A stretch of 64,000 bases of DNA, from contig JAAVYW010000060.1 in the NCBI GenBank assembly GCA_022791315.1, forward strand, positions 12,290 through 76,289, given 5' to 3'. The position numbers and the translations under genes were made by a program. The notes beneath the pieces are model-generated. The model was not told where the DNA came from. It was given only the letters and a program-made list of their open reading frames with translations, and searched no databases. Source of the stretch: Oscillospiraceae bacterium. GTDB lineage: Bacteria > Bacillota > Clostridia > Oscillospirales > Ruminococcaceae. The first letter of the stretch is position 1, and each line of letters opens with the position of its first letter. Below are positions 23,653 to 35,333 of this stretch, in pieces.

Positions 23653-24300
23653 CTAATCCAGATAATCCAAGGCCTCCAGCGGCCAGCAAATGAGCTGGGC
23701 AGCGCCGTTTTCCAGCAGCTCCTCCCGCTCCCGGAACCCCCAGAGCACCCCAATCGCCAGGCAGCCCGCGTTATTGGCCGTGCGCATATCCACCCCGGAA
23801 TCCCCCAGATAGAGGCACTCCCCAGGGGAAATCCCCAAATCCGCCAGGTGGGGCAGCATCCCAGCGGGGTCGGGCTTTTTGGGCATCCCCTGCCCCATCC
23901 CCTGCACAAAGGCAAACCGCTGCCCGGGAAAGAGCGCCTCCACAATCCGCGCGGCAAATCCATGGTCCTTGTTGCTGAAGACAGCCGCCCCCACCTCCCG
24001 CTTTTCCAGCTCCTCCAGCAGCTCCAGGATACCGGGATAGGGGGCCGTGGTGTCCAGGCACCGGATTTCGTATTCCCGCGCAAAGAGGTCATGTACCTCC
24101 CGGATTTCCTCTTCCGATGTCCCCTGGGGCAAAATACGCCGGATGAGCTTGGGGATGCCTCCCCCCACAAAATAGCGGTAGAGCTCCCTGGGATGGGTGG
24201 GGAACCCCCGCTTCTCCAAGGCAAAGTTGGCGCTGTCCGCCAGGTCGCCCAGGGAGTTCACCAGAGTGCCGTCCAAATCAAATACGCATAGCCGCTTCAT
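23653..24300 (-). CDS. HAD-family hydrolase (phosphoglycolate phosphatase-like)
   Basis: Start moved to MKRLCVFDLDGTLVNS (DxDGT motif). C-terminal GDSGVD motif. Confidence 0.75.
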   Translation of the reverse strand: MKRLCVFDLDGTLVNSLGDLADSANFALEKRGFPTHPRELYRYFVGGGIPKLIRRILPQGTSEEEIREVHDLFAREYEIRCLDTTAPYPGILELLEELEKREVGAAVFSNKDHGFAARIVEALFPGQRFAFVQGMGQGMPKKPDPAGMLPHLADLGISPGECLYLGDSGVDMRTANNAGCLAIGVLWGFREREELLENGAAQLICWPLEALDYLD

Positions 24301-24467
24301 CACAATCCCCCTCGCCCCCGCTGCCGCAAGGGCTTCCCTTCTCAAATTTCCCCTATTATACCCCTTTTCCCCCAATTTGGCAATCCGCCTGGCCGGATTC
24401 TCACTCTGTGTCCTGTCCCTTCCCCTAAAATTATGGTAGGTTAAAAGCCGAAAGGAGGATTTTCATC

Positions 24468-24974
24468 ATGGATATGGCAAAGACCGGCGCCCTCCTCAAG
24501 GAACTGCGCCGGGAAAAGGCCCTCACCCAGGAACAGCTGGCCGAGCAGCTGGGCGTCTCCGGCCGCACGGTTTCCCGCTGGGAAACCGGCCGTACCCTGC
24601 CCGACTTTGACTTGCTCATCCAGCTGGCCGACTATTATGCAGTGGAACTCAAAGAAATCCTAACCGGCGAAAGGAGCCAAAAGCCTATGGCCCAAGACAC
24701 CAAAGGCACCTTAAAAGACATCGCAGACTACAACAACAGGGAAAAACAGCGTCTAGCCAAGCGCATGTGCAGCTTTTTCATCGCAGGCGCCCTCTCTTTC
24801 CTGGCCTATCTCGCTCTAAACCTTCTGGGCCCCTCCGAGACCTTTATCAACGGCGCCCTCTCCGGCTTCTGCCTGGGCCTCTCCTTCGGTGTGATGCTGC
24901 TGGGCATCCTCTACACCAGCGGCTGCATGGCCAAATTCCGCGCCGCCAAGCAGCGCCTTTTGCACCGGAGATAG
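24468..24974 (+). CDS. XRE-family HTH regulator with C-terminal TM segments
   Basis: The HTH is LTQEQLAEQLGVSGRTVSRWETG. Two predicted TM helices lie in the C-terminal half. Confidence 0.7.
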   Translation: MDMAKTGALLKELRREKALTQEQLAEQLGVSGRTVSRWETGRTLPDFDLLIQLADYYAVELKEILTGERSQKPMAQDTKGTLKDIADYNNREKQRLAKRMCSFFIAGALSFLAYLALNLLGPSETFINGALSGFCLGLSFGVMLLGILYTSGCMAKFRAAKQRLLHRR

Positions 24975-25027
24975 TCAAGTCCCCCTGGACGTCTGGGATG
25001 TCCAGGGGGATTCCCGCTTCCGGCACA

Positions 25028-26836
25028 TCAAAGTGCCGCTTCCGCCGTGTTCTGCCGGTACCACTGCTCCTGTGTCTTGTACATCCGGGCATATTCGCCC
25101 CCCGCTGCCAGCAGCTCCTCATGGGTGCCGCTCTGGCAGATTCTCCCCTCCTTCATCACCACAATCCGGTCGGCCAGCTTGGCGGAGCCCAGCCGGTGGG
25201 TGACAATCACCGCAGTCTTCCCCTGGGCCATCTTGGCAAAGCGGTGAAACACCTTGGTCTCCTCGTCCGGGTCGATGGCCGCCGTGGGCTCATCCAGCAC
25301 AATCAGGGAATGGGGCCGCCGGAACCCCCGGGCAATGGCTACCCGCTGCCACTCCCCGCCGGATAAATCCACCCCGTCAAATTCCCGGGAGAGCATAGTG
25401 TCCATGCCCTGGGGGAAATCCCGGTCCGCCGGGTCCACATCTGCCAGGCGGCAGGCCGGGGCCAGGCTCTCGTCGTCCCGCTTCCCGCCCGGCAGGCTGA
25501 TGCCGATATTCTCCCGCAGCGTCATCTGGTACCGCTGGAATTTCTGGAACACCCCCGAAATCCGGGAAAACACCGTGCCCATGGAAAGGGTGCTCACGTC
25601 CGCCCCGCCAAAGCGCACCGTGCCCTCCTGCGGGGAATAGAGCCCGGTGAGCAGCCGCACCAGGGTGGATTTCCCCGAGCCGTTCTCCCCCACGATTGCC
25701 AGCGTCTCCCCGTCTGCGATTCTCAGGCTCACCCTGTCCACCGCCCGTTTCTCCCCGTGGGGATAGGAAAAGCTCACGTTGTCCAGCACCACGTCAAAGT
25801 GTTCCGGCACTTCCCCCTGCTGTCCGCCCCGTTCCGGCATATCCAGGAACTTCACGAAATTGTGTACCGTGCCCAGGCTCTGGGTAATCTGCCCGACGTG
25901 CCTGCACACCACTTCCCGCATGATGCCAAAGAGCATCCCAATAGAGCCAAACACTGCCGCAAAAGCCCCCACCGTAATCTCGCCCTTTAACAGCGCGTCC
26001 AGCAGCAACAGGAGGATACCTACATACCCCAGCGCCGCCAGCAGGTTCATGCCCATTTCCAGCAGCCCGGTTTTCACCTGGGCCGACCATTCCTTTTTCT
26101 GGAGCTTCGCCAGCGTATCCCGGAACAGCTTCCAGAAATGGCCGAACGCCCCCAGAAGCCTGGTTTCCTTGAAAAACTCCCGCCCCCCGATGCACAGGGC
26201 ATAGTGGTCCGTCTCCCTCCGCAGCGGCGCGGCCTCGTCCTCCACCTTGGCAAACACCTTGGTCTTCACCATCTGCGAAAGCGCCACCGGTACAAACACC
26301 AGCACAATACTCGCCGCCAGAATGGGCTTGAGGGTGAAGAGATACCACCCCATGGCAAAGAAGTACACCCCGTAAAAGCACACCGCCATAATCAGCATCC
26401 CGACGAAAAAGACAGCGTTGTCCTTCCCCTTCAGGGCCTTCTCCATGGCATCCAGCTTTTCCGTGTCCTCAAAGTCCGCCGGGGCCAGCCGGGAGGCCTT
26501 GTCATGGAATATTTTTTGCAGCTTCCCGGCCACCTTTTCAAAATACACATTCATAAGATAGTTGTCAATCCCGTTCATGGCCTCCCGCAGGATGCCCGCT
26601 GCCCCCACCAGCAGCAGCCCCCACAGCGCATAGGGCAGCCCCGCCTCCCCCTGGGCCAGCGCCGTCACCCGGTCAAAGCAAATCTGGTTCACTGGCACCG
26701 AAACCATCTGCGCCAGAGAATGGAGCCCCGCCAGCAAAATCATCCATACCGACAGCACCGGCGCTTGCCGAAATACCAAGGGTGTCAGCCGTCCCACCAT
26801 GGGCAGCATCCGGATTTGCTCTTTTTTCTCCCTCAT
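25028..26836 (-). CDS. ABC exporter, fused permease/ATPase (heterodimer partner B)
   Basis: Six-TM N-terminal half. Walker A GENGSGKST, signature LSGGEWQR. Confidence 0.85.
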   Translation of the reverse strand: MREKKEQIRMLPMVGRLTPLVFRQAPVLSVWMILLAGLHSLAQMVSVPVNQICFDRVTALAQGEAGLPYALWGLLLVGAAGILREAMNGIDNYLMNVYFEKVAGKLQKIFHDKASRLAPADFEDTEKLDAMEKALKGKDNAVFFVGMLIMAVCFYGVYFFAMGWYLFTLKPILAASIVLVFVPVALSQMVKTKVFAKVEDEAAPLRRETDHYALCIGGREFFKETRLLGAFGHFWKLFRDTLAKLQKKEWSAQVKTGLLEMGMNLLAALGYVGILLLLLDALLKGEITVGAFAAVFGSIGMLFGIMREVVCRHVGQITQSLGTVHNFVKFLDMPERGGQQGEVPEHFDVVLDNVSFSYPHGEKRAVDRVSLRIADGETLAIVGENGSGKSTLVRLLTGLYSPQEGTVRFGGADVSTLSMGTVFSRISGVFQKFQRYQMTLRENIGISLPGGKRDDESLAPACRLADVDPADRDFPQGMDTMLSREFDGVDLSGGEWQRVAIARGFRRPHSLIVLDEPTAAIDPDEETKVFHRFAKMAQGKTAVIVTHRLGSAKLADRIVVMKEGRICQSGTHEELLAAGGEYARMYKTQEQWYRQNTAEAAL

Positions 26837-28611
26837 TGATACCAGCTCCTTTGGCTCTCAAACATCCGGGCATAGATGCCCCCCAGCGCAATCAGTTCAT
26901 TATGACTCCCCAGCTCTGCCGCTCTCCCCTCATCCAGCACCACAATGGTGTCTGCCAGCCGGGCAGCCCCCAGCCGGTGGGTGATAAAAATGGTGGTGTG
27001 CCCCTTGCTCATCTCCCCAAAGGTCTCATACACCCGGCTCTCTGCCATGGGGTCCAGCGCCGCTGTGGGCTCATCCAAAATCCGCACCGGCGCGGGGCTC
27101 TGCAAAGCCCGGGCAATGGCTGCCCGCTGCCATTCCCCACCGGAGAGGTCCACGCCCCCTTCCCTGGCCTTTCCCAGGTCGGTGGCAATCCCCCTTGGCA
27201 GCGCGGCAATCCGCTCCGCCAGCCCCGCCTGCTCTGCTGCGGGCAGGGCGTCCCGGTCCATGTGGGCCGCATCCCCCAGCCGGATATTCTCCTCCAGCGA
27301 AATCTGATACCGGGCAAAGTCCTGATACACCACCGAGAACATGGCCTTGCGCTTTGGCAGCGGGATTTCCCGCAGTTCTTTCCCGTTCAGCCGGATGCTC
27401 CCCTCATAGTCAAACATCCCCGTGAGCAGCTTTGTCACCGTGGTCTTTCCCGCCCCGTTCACCCCCACAAAGGCATAGTGCAGCCCCGGCGTGACTGAGA
27501 GGCAAAAGCCCTTTAAAATATAGTGCTCGCTGCCGGGATACCGGAAAGACACATGGTCAAATTCCAGCAGACGAAGCTCCTCTCCCCCTGCCGGAAGGGC
27601 CAGCGCATCCTCCTGCCGCTCCAGCGCCAGGAATTTGTTCACATCCTTCAAAAATTCCCGCCCGTTTGCCATCTCCTTGGCGTAGTAGGCCAGCCCCCAG
27701 GAGAGCAGACTGTATAAGCTCCCCAGCGCTGTCAGCAGCCCGATAAAGGCCCCCGCCGTCATGCTTCCCCTGGCCACCGGTGCCAGCAGCAGCCCGCAGA
27801 TCAGCGTGGTAAACGCCACCGCCGCCAAAGACCCGGATTTCATCCGGATAAAGTATTTCATATCAACCTTCAGCTGGGTTTTCCGGGCCTGCTCAAATTT
27901 CTCATACCATTCCCGGTTTATTTCTCCCCCGTATCCAAAGAGGGCCCGCTCCTCCACGCTCTCCCGCCCAGAGAGTACCTTGGCCAGATAGTCGGCCCGG
28001 CGCCGGTGGCGCTCGGCCTCCACCTGTCCCTGGTAGGTGGCTTTTCCCCCCTTCAGGGCCAAAAACAGCAGCGGCACAAAGCACGCCAGCATCACCGCCC
28101 CGATCCACCAGGCCTGGGCAAAAACAATCCCCATCACCGACACAATCTGGAAGACAATGCCCGCCAGTTGTACCAGGCTGTCAAACCCAATCCGCATCCG
28201 CTCCGGCAGCTTATCCGCCGTGCGGGTGATCAGATCCCATGTATCATTGTCCTCCACGTACCAATATTTCAGTGCCGCCCGCTGTTCCAGCGCCCAGCCC
28301 CTGCAAGCCCTGTCCACCCGCAGCCGGATGCGATCCGTCAGCAGCTGCCCCAGCGTCCCCGAGAGGTTGTCATAGAGCATCAGCACCAGCAGTACCAGCA
28401 GGCTCGGTATTAACGCCTCTGCCCCCACCCGCCCCGCAAACAGGGCCAGCGCCATATCCACAAAGGCCGCCGTAGTCAAAGCCTGCACCGCCGGCAGCAC
28501 AGACGATAGGATTGTTACACCTACCTTCGCCAACACCGGCGCCGGGCAAATCCGCAATGGCCCCGAAAAATAGTCATAAAGCCTGCAATTCCGCTCTCGC
28601 ATCCCCATCAC
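26833..28611 (-). CDS. ABC exporter, fused permease/ATPase (heterodimer partner A)
   Basis: 4-nt overlap with the partner gene. Walker A GVNGAGKTT, signature LSGGEWQR. Confidence 0.85.
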   Translation of the reverse strand: MMGMRERNCRLYDYFSGPLRICPAPVLAKVGVTILSSVLPAVQALTTAAFVDMALALFAGRVGAEALIPSLLVLLVLMLYDNLSGTLGQLLTDRIRLRVDRACRGWALEQRAALKYWYVEDNDTWDLITRTADKLPERMRIGFDSLVQLAGIVFQIVSVMGIVFAQAWWIGAVMLACFVPLLFLALKGGKATYQGQVEAERHRRRADYLAKVLSGRESVEERALFGYGGEINREWYEKFEQARKTQLKVDMKYFIRMKSGSLAAVAFTTLICGLLLAPVARGSMTAGAFIGLLTALGSLYSLLSWGLAYYAKEMANGREFLKDVNKFLALERQEDALALPAGGEELRLLEFDHVSFRYPGSEHYILKGFCLSVTPGLHYAFVGVNGAGKTTVTKLLTGMFDYEGSIRLNGKELREIPLPKRKAMFSVVYQDFARYQISLEENIRLGDAAHMDRDALPAAEQAGLAERIAALPRGIATDLGKAREGGVDLSGGEWQRAAIARALQSPAPVRILDEPTAALDPMAESRVYETFGEMSKGHTTIFITHRLGAARLADTIVVLDEGRAAELGSHNELIALGGIYARMFESQRSWYQ

Positions 28612-28852
28612 TCCTCTCGCGTTTCCAATATAATAACATTGCTCCGTTACATTGTCAAGCCCCTAATTCAACTCTGTTACGCCCATCGCCAGGCAAACAG
28701 GCCTTCCATCTCCTAGAACTCTTTTTCTTTTATGTAAATTTATTTTACTATATATCCATAAAAATGTCAACAAAATAAAAATTCGTTTGGTAATTTTGGA
28801 TTTCGGGTCTCTTCCGCAGGCGCACCCACGCCGGGTAAAAGCCCGGCCAAAC

Positions 28853-28878
28853 AAAAAAAGAGAGCCCAAAGGCTCTCT
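28853..28878 (-). terminator. Intrinsic terminator about 250 nt downstream of tRNA-Val
   Basis: On the minus strand, AGAGAGCC-TTTG-GGCTCTCT followed by TTTTTTT. Confidence 0.65.
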
Positions 28879-29127
28879 CAGCTTGTCAAAAAAACCATTC
28901 CCACGCCCGCAGGTGAGCGTCTCATTGTAATTCCCCGCAGCGGGCAAATTTTCCGACAACACACACATCGGAAGTTTTCTTCTATTCTGCAAGTGTGGCC
29001 CTCCTCCGCGGGCTGCGCGCAGCAAAGCGAAGGGACAACGGCCCGGAGCGAACCTCTTAGACTATAGGCTCTCTTTCAAAATCCGGGCAAAAAAATGCCG
29101 CCCCCACTATTGCAGGAACAGCACCCC

Positions 29128-29203
29128 TGGTGGACAATAACGGACTCGAACCGCTGACCCTTCGCACGTCAAGCGAATGCTCTACCAGCTGAGCTAATTG
29201 TCC
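29128..29203 (-). tRNA. tRNA-Val (anticodon GAC), CCA encoded
   Basis: Hand-folded cloverleaf: acceptor GGACAAT/ATTGTCC, D stem GCTC/GAGC, anticodon stem TTCGC/GCGAA with loop TTGACGT, T arm AGCGG-TTCGAGT-CCGTT, 76 nt. Confidence 0.9.
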
Positions 29204-29233
29204 ATATTTAGTTTTCTCAAAGGGACAAGAGGT

Positions 29234-29262
29234 ATTATACACGATTCTTTTTCATTTTTCAA
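29234..29262 (-). promoter_or_regulatory. Promoter of tRNA-Val
   Basis: On the minus strand, TTGAAA-17 nt-TATAAT, about 30 nt upstream of the tRNA 5' end. Confidence 0.6.
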
Positions 29263-29557
29263 GATTTTCTTCACAAAAAATTCAAAAAAATCCCTCTGGG
29301 AATGAAGAGATTTTCTCCCCTTTCTTTGTGCAACCTGCCCAAAACCTCGGCAAAATGTCCCAAAAGACCGGATACCATTTTGGGCGTAGCTATGATATAA
29401 TATGCGCAGGGCAAGATAGCTTTGCTATCTTGTGCCCGCTGTCAGCGGGCTGTGCATGTTACACCACAACCGATGAATTGGCCTATGGCTATGATTCTGA
29501 TATAGTAAGAATATGCAAAAGCCAGGACAAGCATTCCATCAAAAGGAGGGCAAGCGC

Positions 29558-30058
29558 ATGGTTATCCTGGGCATCGACCCCGGCTATGCCATTGTGGGCT
29601 ACGGCTGCATCGACTATCGGGGCGGGGCCTATCGGGTGCTGGGCTACGGGGCCATCACCACCCCTGCCGGCCAGCCCTTCCCTGCCCGGCTCCAGACGAT
29701 TTACCGGGACATGGATTTCCTCATGAAAAAGTATTCCCCCCAGGTGATGTCCATTGAGGAGCTGTTTTTCACCAACAACCAGAAAACCGGCATTGCCGTG
29801 GCCCAGGCCCGGGGGGTCATCCTCCTCAGCGCCATGGAAAACGAAGTGGAGGTGGCGGAATACACCCCCCTCCAGGTCAAGCAGTCCGTGGTGGGCTATG
29901 GCCGGGCTGAGAAAAAGCAGGTGATGGAAATGACCCGCAGCCTCCTCAAGCTCCGGGAAGTCCCCAAGCCCGACGATACCGCCGACGCCCTGGCCCTCAC
30001 CATCTGCCACGCCCACGCCTCCGGCTCCCAGCTCCGGAGCATCCGGGCCGGCCTCTAA
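29558..30058 (+). CDS. ruvC: Crossover junction endodeoxyribonuclease RuvC
   Basis: Start moved to MVILGIDPGYAIVGYG (AAGGAGG SD). Followed by ruvA and ruvB. Confidence 0.85.
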   Translation: MVILGIDPGYAIVGYGCIDYRGGAYRVLGYGAITTPAGQPFPARLQTIYRDMDFLMKKYSPQVMSIEELFFTNNQKTGIAVAQARGVILLSAMENEVEVAEYTPLQVKQSVVGYGRAEKKQVMEMTRSLLKLREVPKPDDTADALALTICHAHASGSQLRSIRAGL

Positions 30059-30286
30059 CTGTTTCTTTCGGGGGAAAACCGTACCCAGGCCCCCTCTTCA
30101 AGGGAGCCCCCGCCCGCAGGCGCCTTCATAGCCTGCGAAGCAGGCATTCTTTCTCCAAGTGTGCAAATGGGCCAATGCCCCATATGTGCAGTGTCAACTC
30201 CGCTGGCACGGGAGAAATGAAGCGCCAACAAAAGGCCGTAGGCCTAGCGGGGCTTTCGGCCTTGCCCAAAGAAAGGAGCCACACGC

Positions 30287-30892
30287 ATGATTTACAGTAT
30301 AACAGGAAAACTGATGGTAAAGGGCATGGATATGGCGGTGGTGGAGTGCTCCGGCGTGGGCTTCAAGTGCTTCACCAGCCTCACCACCCTCGGCCGCCTC
30401 CCCGCCATAGGCGATACCGTAACCCTCTACACCTATTTAAATGTCAGGGAGGATGCCCTGGACCTCTACGGCTTCTCCGGCCAGGACGAGCTGGCCTGCT
30501 TTAGGCTGCTGCTGTCGGTGAGCGGAGTGGGGCCCAAGGCGGCGCTGGGCCTGCTCTCCACCATGTCGCCGGAGAAATTCGCCCTCTGCGTGGCCTCCTC
30601 CGACATTAAGTTCATCACCACCGCCCCCGGCATCGGCCGCAAGACCGCCGAGCGCATCGTGTTGGAGTTAAAGGACAAAGTGAGCAGCCAGGAAATTGCG
30701 GGAGGGTTCTCCCCCGCTGCCTCGCCCCTCCCCGCCGCCGGGGCAGGCAACCTAGGGGAGGCAGTCAGCGCCCTTTTGGTGCTGGGCTATTCCCAGTCCG
30801 AGGCCGCCCAGGCCCTAAAGGGCTGCGGCGAAGAGGAGAGCGTGGAGGATTTAATCCGCCAGGCCTTAAAAAAGCTGGCAAAGCAGAAGTAA
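30287..30892 (+). CDS. ruvA: Holliday junction branch migration complex subunit RuvA
   Basis: MIYSITGKL... the N-terminal OB domain, HhH motifs and the C-terminal domain are all recognisable. Confidence 0.9.
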   Translation: MIYSITGKLMVKGMDMAVVECSGVGFKCFTSLTTLGRLPAIGDTVTLYTYLNVREDALDLYGFSGQDELACFRLLLSVSGVGPKAALGLLSTMSPEKFALCVASSDIKFITTAPGIGRKTAERIVLELKDKVSSQEIAGGFSPAASPLPAAGAGNLGEAVSALLVLGYSQSEAAQALKGCGEEESVEDLIRQALKKLAKQK

Positions 30893-30926
30893 CACACCGC
30901 CGACCTGACGCAAAGGGGGAAAGGCC

Positions 30927-31967
<1,041 letters not shown>

Positions 31968-32032
31968 TTTTCCCCGGGATTCACCTGTTTTCCCGGGAAA
32001 ACATAACATAATAGAGAAATGAGGCCCCCAAA

Positions 32033-32425
32033 ATGACCTATGCCAGCCTGGAACAGCGCATGGCAGCCGCCTATCCCGCCATGCTGCCGCCCTTCCGTCC
32101 CAAGGAGGATGCCCCCGTCTCCCTGGGCCTGTGCATCCCCCACGGCCTAAAGCCCTACCTCTCCCACTTTGACGCCATGCCCGGGCCTCTAAGGGAGTTC
32201 ATCCTGTCCCGCACCAAGCAGTGCGACGGCTGCCGCTACTGTGTCCAGACCGACAGGCAGGGGACCCGCCCGCTGGCCCGCGTCCCTGTCCGGCACCAGG
32301 GGAAGGGGCAGTTTCTGTGCCCCCTCTTCCCCGGCTACGGCTACAGCTGGACGGATTTGGACGATGCCCTGGCCGACAACCTGATTGCCTTTTTAACATT
32401 TATGGACAGCCATGCACCAGCATAA
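32033..32425 (+). CDS. Hypothetical Cys-containing protein
   Basis: 130-aa ORF with normal codon usage and a CDGCRYC motif. No family recognised. Confidence 0.45.
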   Translation: MTYASLEQRMAAAYPAMLPPFRPKEDAPVSLGLCIPHGLKPYLSHFDAMPGPLREFILSRTKQCDGCRYCVQTDRQGTRPLARVPVRHQGKGQFLCPLFPGYGYSWTDLDDALADNLIAFLTFMDSHAPA

Positions 32426-32438
32426 GGAGGCCTGCACA

Positions 32439-32870
32439 ATGGAGATTCTCAAAACCACGCCGGAAGACCCCCGTGCCCTGGCGCTCTTTTCCCGGCACGA
32501 CGATTTCATGATTGATTTCCTGGGCCCCGACCAAAAATACTACACCCGCTACACCAGCCAAGAGGCCATTGAGGCTGTCTGGCTGGCCCTGGAAGACGGC
32601 CAGCCCATGGGCTGCATCGCCTTCCGCAAAAAGGACGATACCACCGGCGAGGTCAAGCGCCTCTTTGTGCAGGGGGGCTTCCGGGGAAAGGGCGTCTCAA
32701 AGCCCCTTCTGGCCGCCCTGCGGGCCCACGCCCTGGCCGCAGGCTGCCGCAAGCTGTTTTTAGACACCCGCATCACCCTGGAGCCCGCCGCCTCCCTCTA
32801 CCAGCGGATGGGCTTCCGGATTACCTATCAGCAGGGCCTCTATGTACAGATGGAACTGACACTATTATAA
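32439..32870 (+). CDS. GNAT family N-acetyltransferase
   Basis: Start moved to MEILKTT (AAGGAGG SD). Acetyl-CoA motif FRGKGVSKPLL. Confidence 0.75.
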   Translation: MEILKTTPEDPRALALFSRHDDFMIDFLGPDQKYYTRYTSQEAIEAVWLALEDGQPMGCIAFRKKDDTTGEVKRLFVQGGFRGKGVSKPLLAALRAHALAAGCRKLFLDTRITLEPAASLYQRMGFRITYQQGLYVQMELTLL

Positions 32871-32903
32871 TTTAAATGCGTGAAGGAGAAGGGAAGGATT
32901 CAT

Positions 32904-34256
32904 ATGGGTAGATTATTTGGAACAGACGGGGTGCGAGGCGTAGCAGGCACCGAGCTCTCCTGCGAGCTGGCAATGGAGCTGGGCCGTGCGGCGGCCTTTG
33001 TGCTCACCAAGCACGTGAGCCACCGCCCCAAGGTCATCATCGGCAAGGACACCCGCATCTCCTCCGATATGTTGGAGGGGGCGCTGCTGGCGGGCCTGTG
33101 CTCCGTGGGCGCGGACGTGGAAATCCTGGGCGTTGTCCCCACCCCCGCCGTGGCCTACCTGGTAAACCGCTACGACGCCGACATGGGCGTCATGATTTCC
33201 GCCTCCCACAACCCGGTGGAGTACAACGGCATCAAGCTCTTCAACCACGAGGGCTATAAGCTCTCCGACAGCATCGAGGATGAGATTGAGGCCATCATCC
33301 TGGGCGAGCACAAGCCCTATACCCTCACTGACGGCCTGGCCCTGGGCCGGGTCTCCCACAGCCAAAAGGCCGTGGAGGACTATGTTTCCCACCTGCTGGG
33401 CACTATCCCCGGCGACCTGTCCGGCCTGCGCGTGGCAGTGGACTGCGCCAACGGCAGCGCCAGCGCCACAGCAGGGCTCCTCTTTGAGAAGTGCGGTGCA
33501 GCCGTCACCTTCCTCCACAACACCCCCGACGGGGGCAATATCAACCTAAACTGCGGCTCCACCCACATGGATTCCCTCCGGGCCGAGCTGCAAAAGGGCG
33601 GCTACGACGCCGGCGTGGCCTACGACGGCGACGCCGACCGCTGCCTGATGCTGGACAGCCAGGGCAGCCTGGTGGACGGCGACCAGGTCCTGGCCATTGT
33701 GGGCCAGCATCTTCAGCAGCAGGGCAAGCTCCCCGGCGGCGCGCTGGTGGTCACCATCCTCTCCAATATGGGCCTCACCGCCTTTGCCAAGGAGCAGGGC
33801 ATGACTACCGTAGCCACCAAAGTGGGGGACCGGTACGTGCTGGAGGAGATGCGGGAGAATGGCTACGCCATCGGCGGCGAGCAGTCGGGCCACACCATCT
33901 TCCTCGAGCACGCCACCACCGGCGACGGGGAACTCACCTCCCTGCAAGTGCTCCACATTGTCAAAGAGAGCGGCAAATCCCTGGAAACCCTGGCAAACCA
34001 GATGAAAAAATACCCCCAGCAGTCCGTCAACATCAAGGCCGACGCCGCCCAAAAGCAGCTCTTTGAATCTGACCCCGAAATCCAGTCCCAGGTCCAAAAG
34101 GCCGAGGACTCCCTTCAGGGCGAGGGCCGCATCATTGTCCGTGTCTCCGGCACCGAACCCCTCATCCGCGTCCTGGCCGAGGGCAAGGACGAAACCAAAA
34201 CCAGAGAAACCGCCACAGCCCTGGCCTCTTGGATTGAGCAGCGAATTAAAAAATAA
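32904..34256 (+). CDS. glmM: Phosphoglucosamine mutase
   Basis: MGRLFGTDGVRG start, active-site SASHNP, GDGDADR. Confidence 0.9.
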   Translation: MGRLFGTDGVRGVAGTELSCELAMELGRAAAFVLTKHVSHRPKVIIGKDTRISSDMLEGALLAGLCSVGADVEILGVVPTPAVAYLVNRYDADMGVMISASHNPVEYNGIKLFNHEGYKLSDSIEDEIEAIILGEHKPYTLTDGLALGRVSHSQKAVEDYVSHLLGTIPGDLSGLRVAVDCANGSASATAGLLFEKCGAAVTFLHNTPDGGNINLNCGSTHMDSLRAELQKGGYDAGVAYDGDADRCLMLDSQGSLVDGDQVLAIVGQHLQQQGKLPGGALVVTILSNMGLTAFAKEQGMTTVATKVGDRYVLEEMRENGYAIGGEQSGHTIFLEHATTGDGELTSLQVLHIVKESGKSLETLANQMKKYPQQSVNIKADAAQKQLFESDPEIQSQVQKAEDSLQGEGRIIVRVSGTEPLIRVLAEGKDETKTRETATALASWIEQRIKK

Positions 34257-34401
34257 TCCCAGCGGCACCCAACTCGTCTCGCCGTCAGGCCCTAACCTTC
34301 CGGCGCGGCCCCCGGCCGCCGCTGGAAGCCCCACCGGCGCAGCCCGAACCGCTGCACGCCCCAGACACCCCCAGACCATCAACAGAAAGGACATCCCCAC
34401 C

Positions 34402-35328
34402 ATGAGAACCGCTTCCCACTGGCAAGACTACGAAATCCTGGACACCGGCGACGGCGAAAAGCTGGAGCGCTGGCAAACCGCCCGCCTGGTGCGCCCCGAC
34501 CCTCAAATCATCTGGCGCACCCCCCGTTCCCCCCAGTGGGCTGCGGCCGACGCCGCCTATCTCCGCTCCAGGGAGGGGGGCGGCCACTGGGAATTCCGCA
34601 AAAAACTGCCTGAGAGCTGGGTCATCCAGTACAAGGGCCTGTCCTTCCGCATCCGCCCCACCGGCTTCAAGCACACCGGCCTCTTCCCCGAGCAGGCGGT
34701 CAACTGGGATTTCCTGCAATCTGTCATCCGCAGTGCCTCCCGCCCGGTCAAGGTGCTGAACCTCTTCGCCTATACCGGCGGGGCAACCCTGGCCTGCGCC
34801 GCGGCAGGGGCCAGCGTCTGCCACGTGGACGCCTCCAAGGGCATGGTCTCCTGGGCGAGGGACAACGCCGCCCTCTCCGGCCTGGAAAACTCCCCCATCC
34901 GCTGGATTGTGGACGACTGCAAAAAGTTCGTGGAGCGGGAGCTGCGCCGGGGCAATTCCTACGACATCATCCTCATGGACCCCCCGTCCTATGGCCGCGG
35001 CCCCGGCGGCGAGGTCTGGAAGCTGGAGGAGCAGGTCTTCGACCTGGTGCAGCTGTGCGCCGGGGCCCTGTCCGATACCCCGCTCCTCTTCCTGCTCAAC
35101 TCCTATACCACCGGACTCTCCCCCTCTGTGATGTCCTATGTGCTGGAAACCACTGTGGGCCGCCGCTTCCCCGGCTCTGCCGCTGCCGACGAGCTTGGCC
35201 TGCCGGTGACCTCCTCCGGCCTTCCCCTCCCCTGCGGCAGCACCGCCGTCTATGCCTTCCGCCCTGAAACCCTGGCCGCCTTCCGGGCAGGCCAAGCCCT
35301 GCCGGGCCAAACCCCAGAAAGGGAGTGA
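34402..35328 (+). CDS. Class I SAM-dependent (RlmI/YwbD-like) methyltransferase
   Basis: Start moved to [26 protein letters not shown] motif and [11 protein letters not shown] motif. The upstream 113 codons of the track ORF look non-coding. Confidence 0.7.
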   Translation: MRTASHWQDYEILDTGDGEKLERWQTARLVRPDPQIIWRTPRSPQWAAADAAYLRSREGGGHWEFRKKLPESWVIQYKGLSFRIRPTGFKHTGLFPEQAVNWDFLQSVIRSASRPVKVLNLFAYTGGATLACAAAGASVCHVDASKGMVSWARDNAALSGLENSPIRWIVDDCKKFVERELRRGNSYDIILMDPPSYGRGPGGEVWKLEEQVFDLVQLCAGALSDTPLLFLLNSYTTGLSPSVMSYVLETTVGRRFPGSAAADELGLPVTSSGLPLPCGSTAVYAFRPETLAAFRAGQALPGQTPERE

Positions 35329-35333
35329 ACCAC

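Noticed and set aside
29057-29242. 61-aa minus-strand ORF.
   Set aside because: It coincides with tRNA-Val (29128-29203). Its translation is an artefact of the tRNA sequence.
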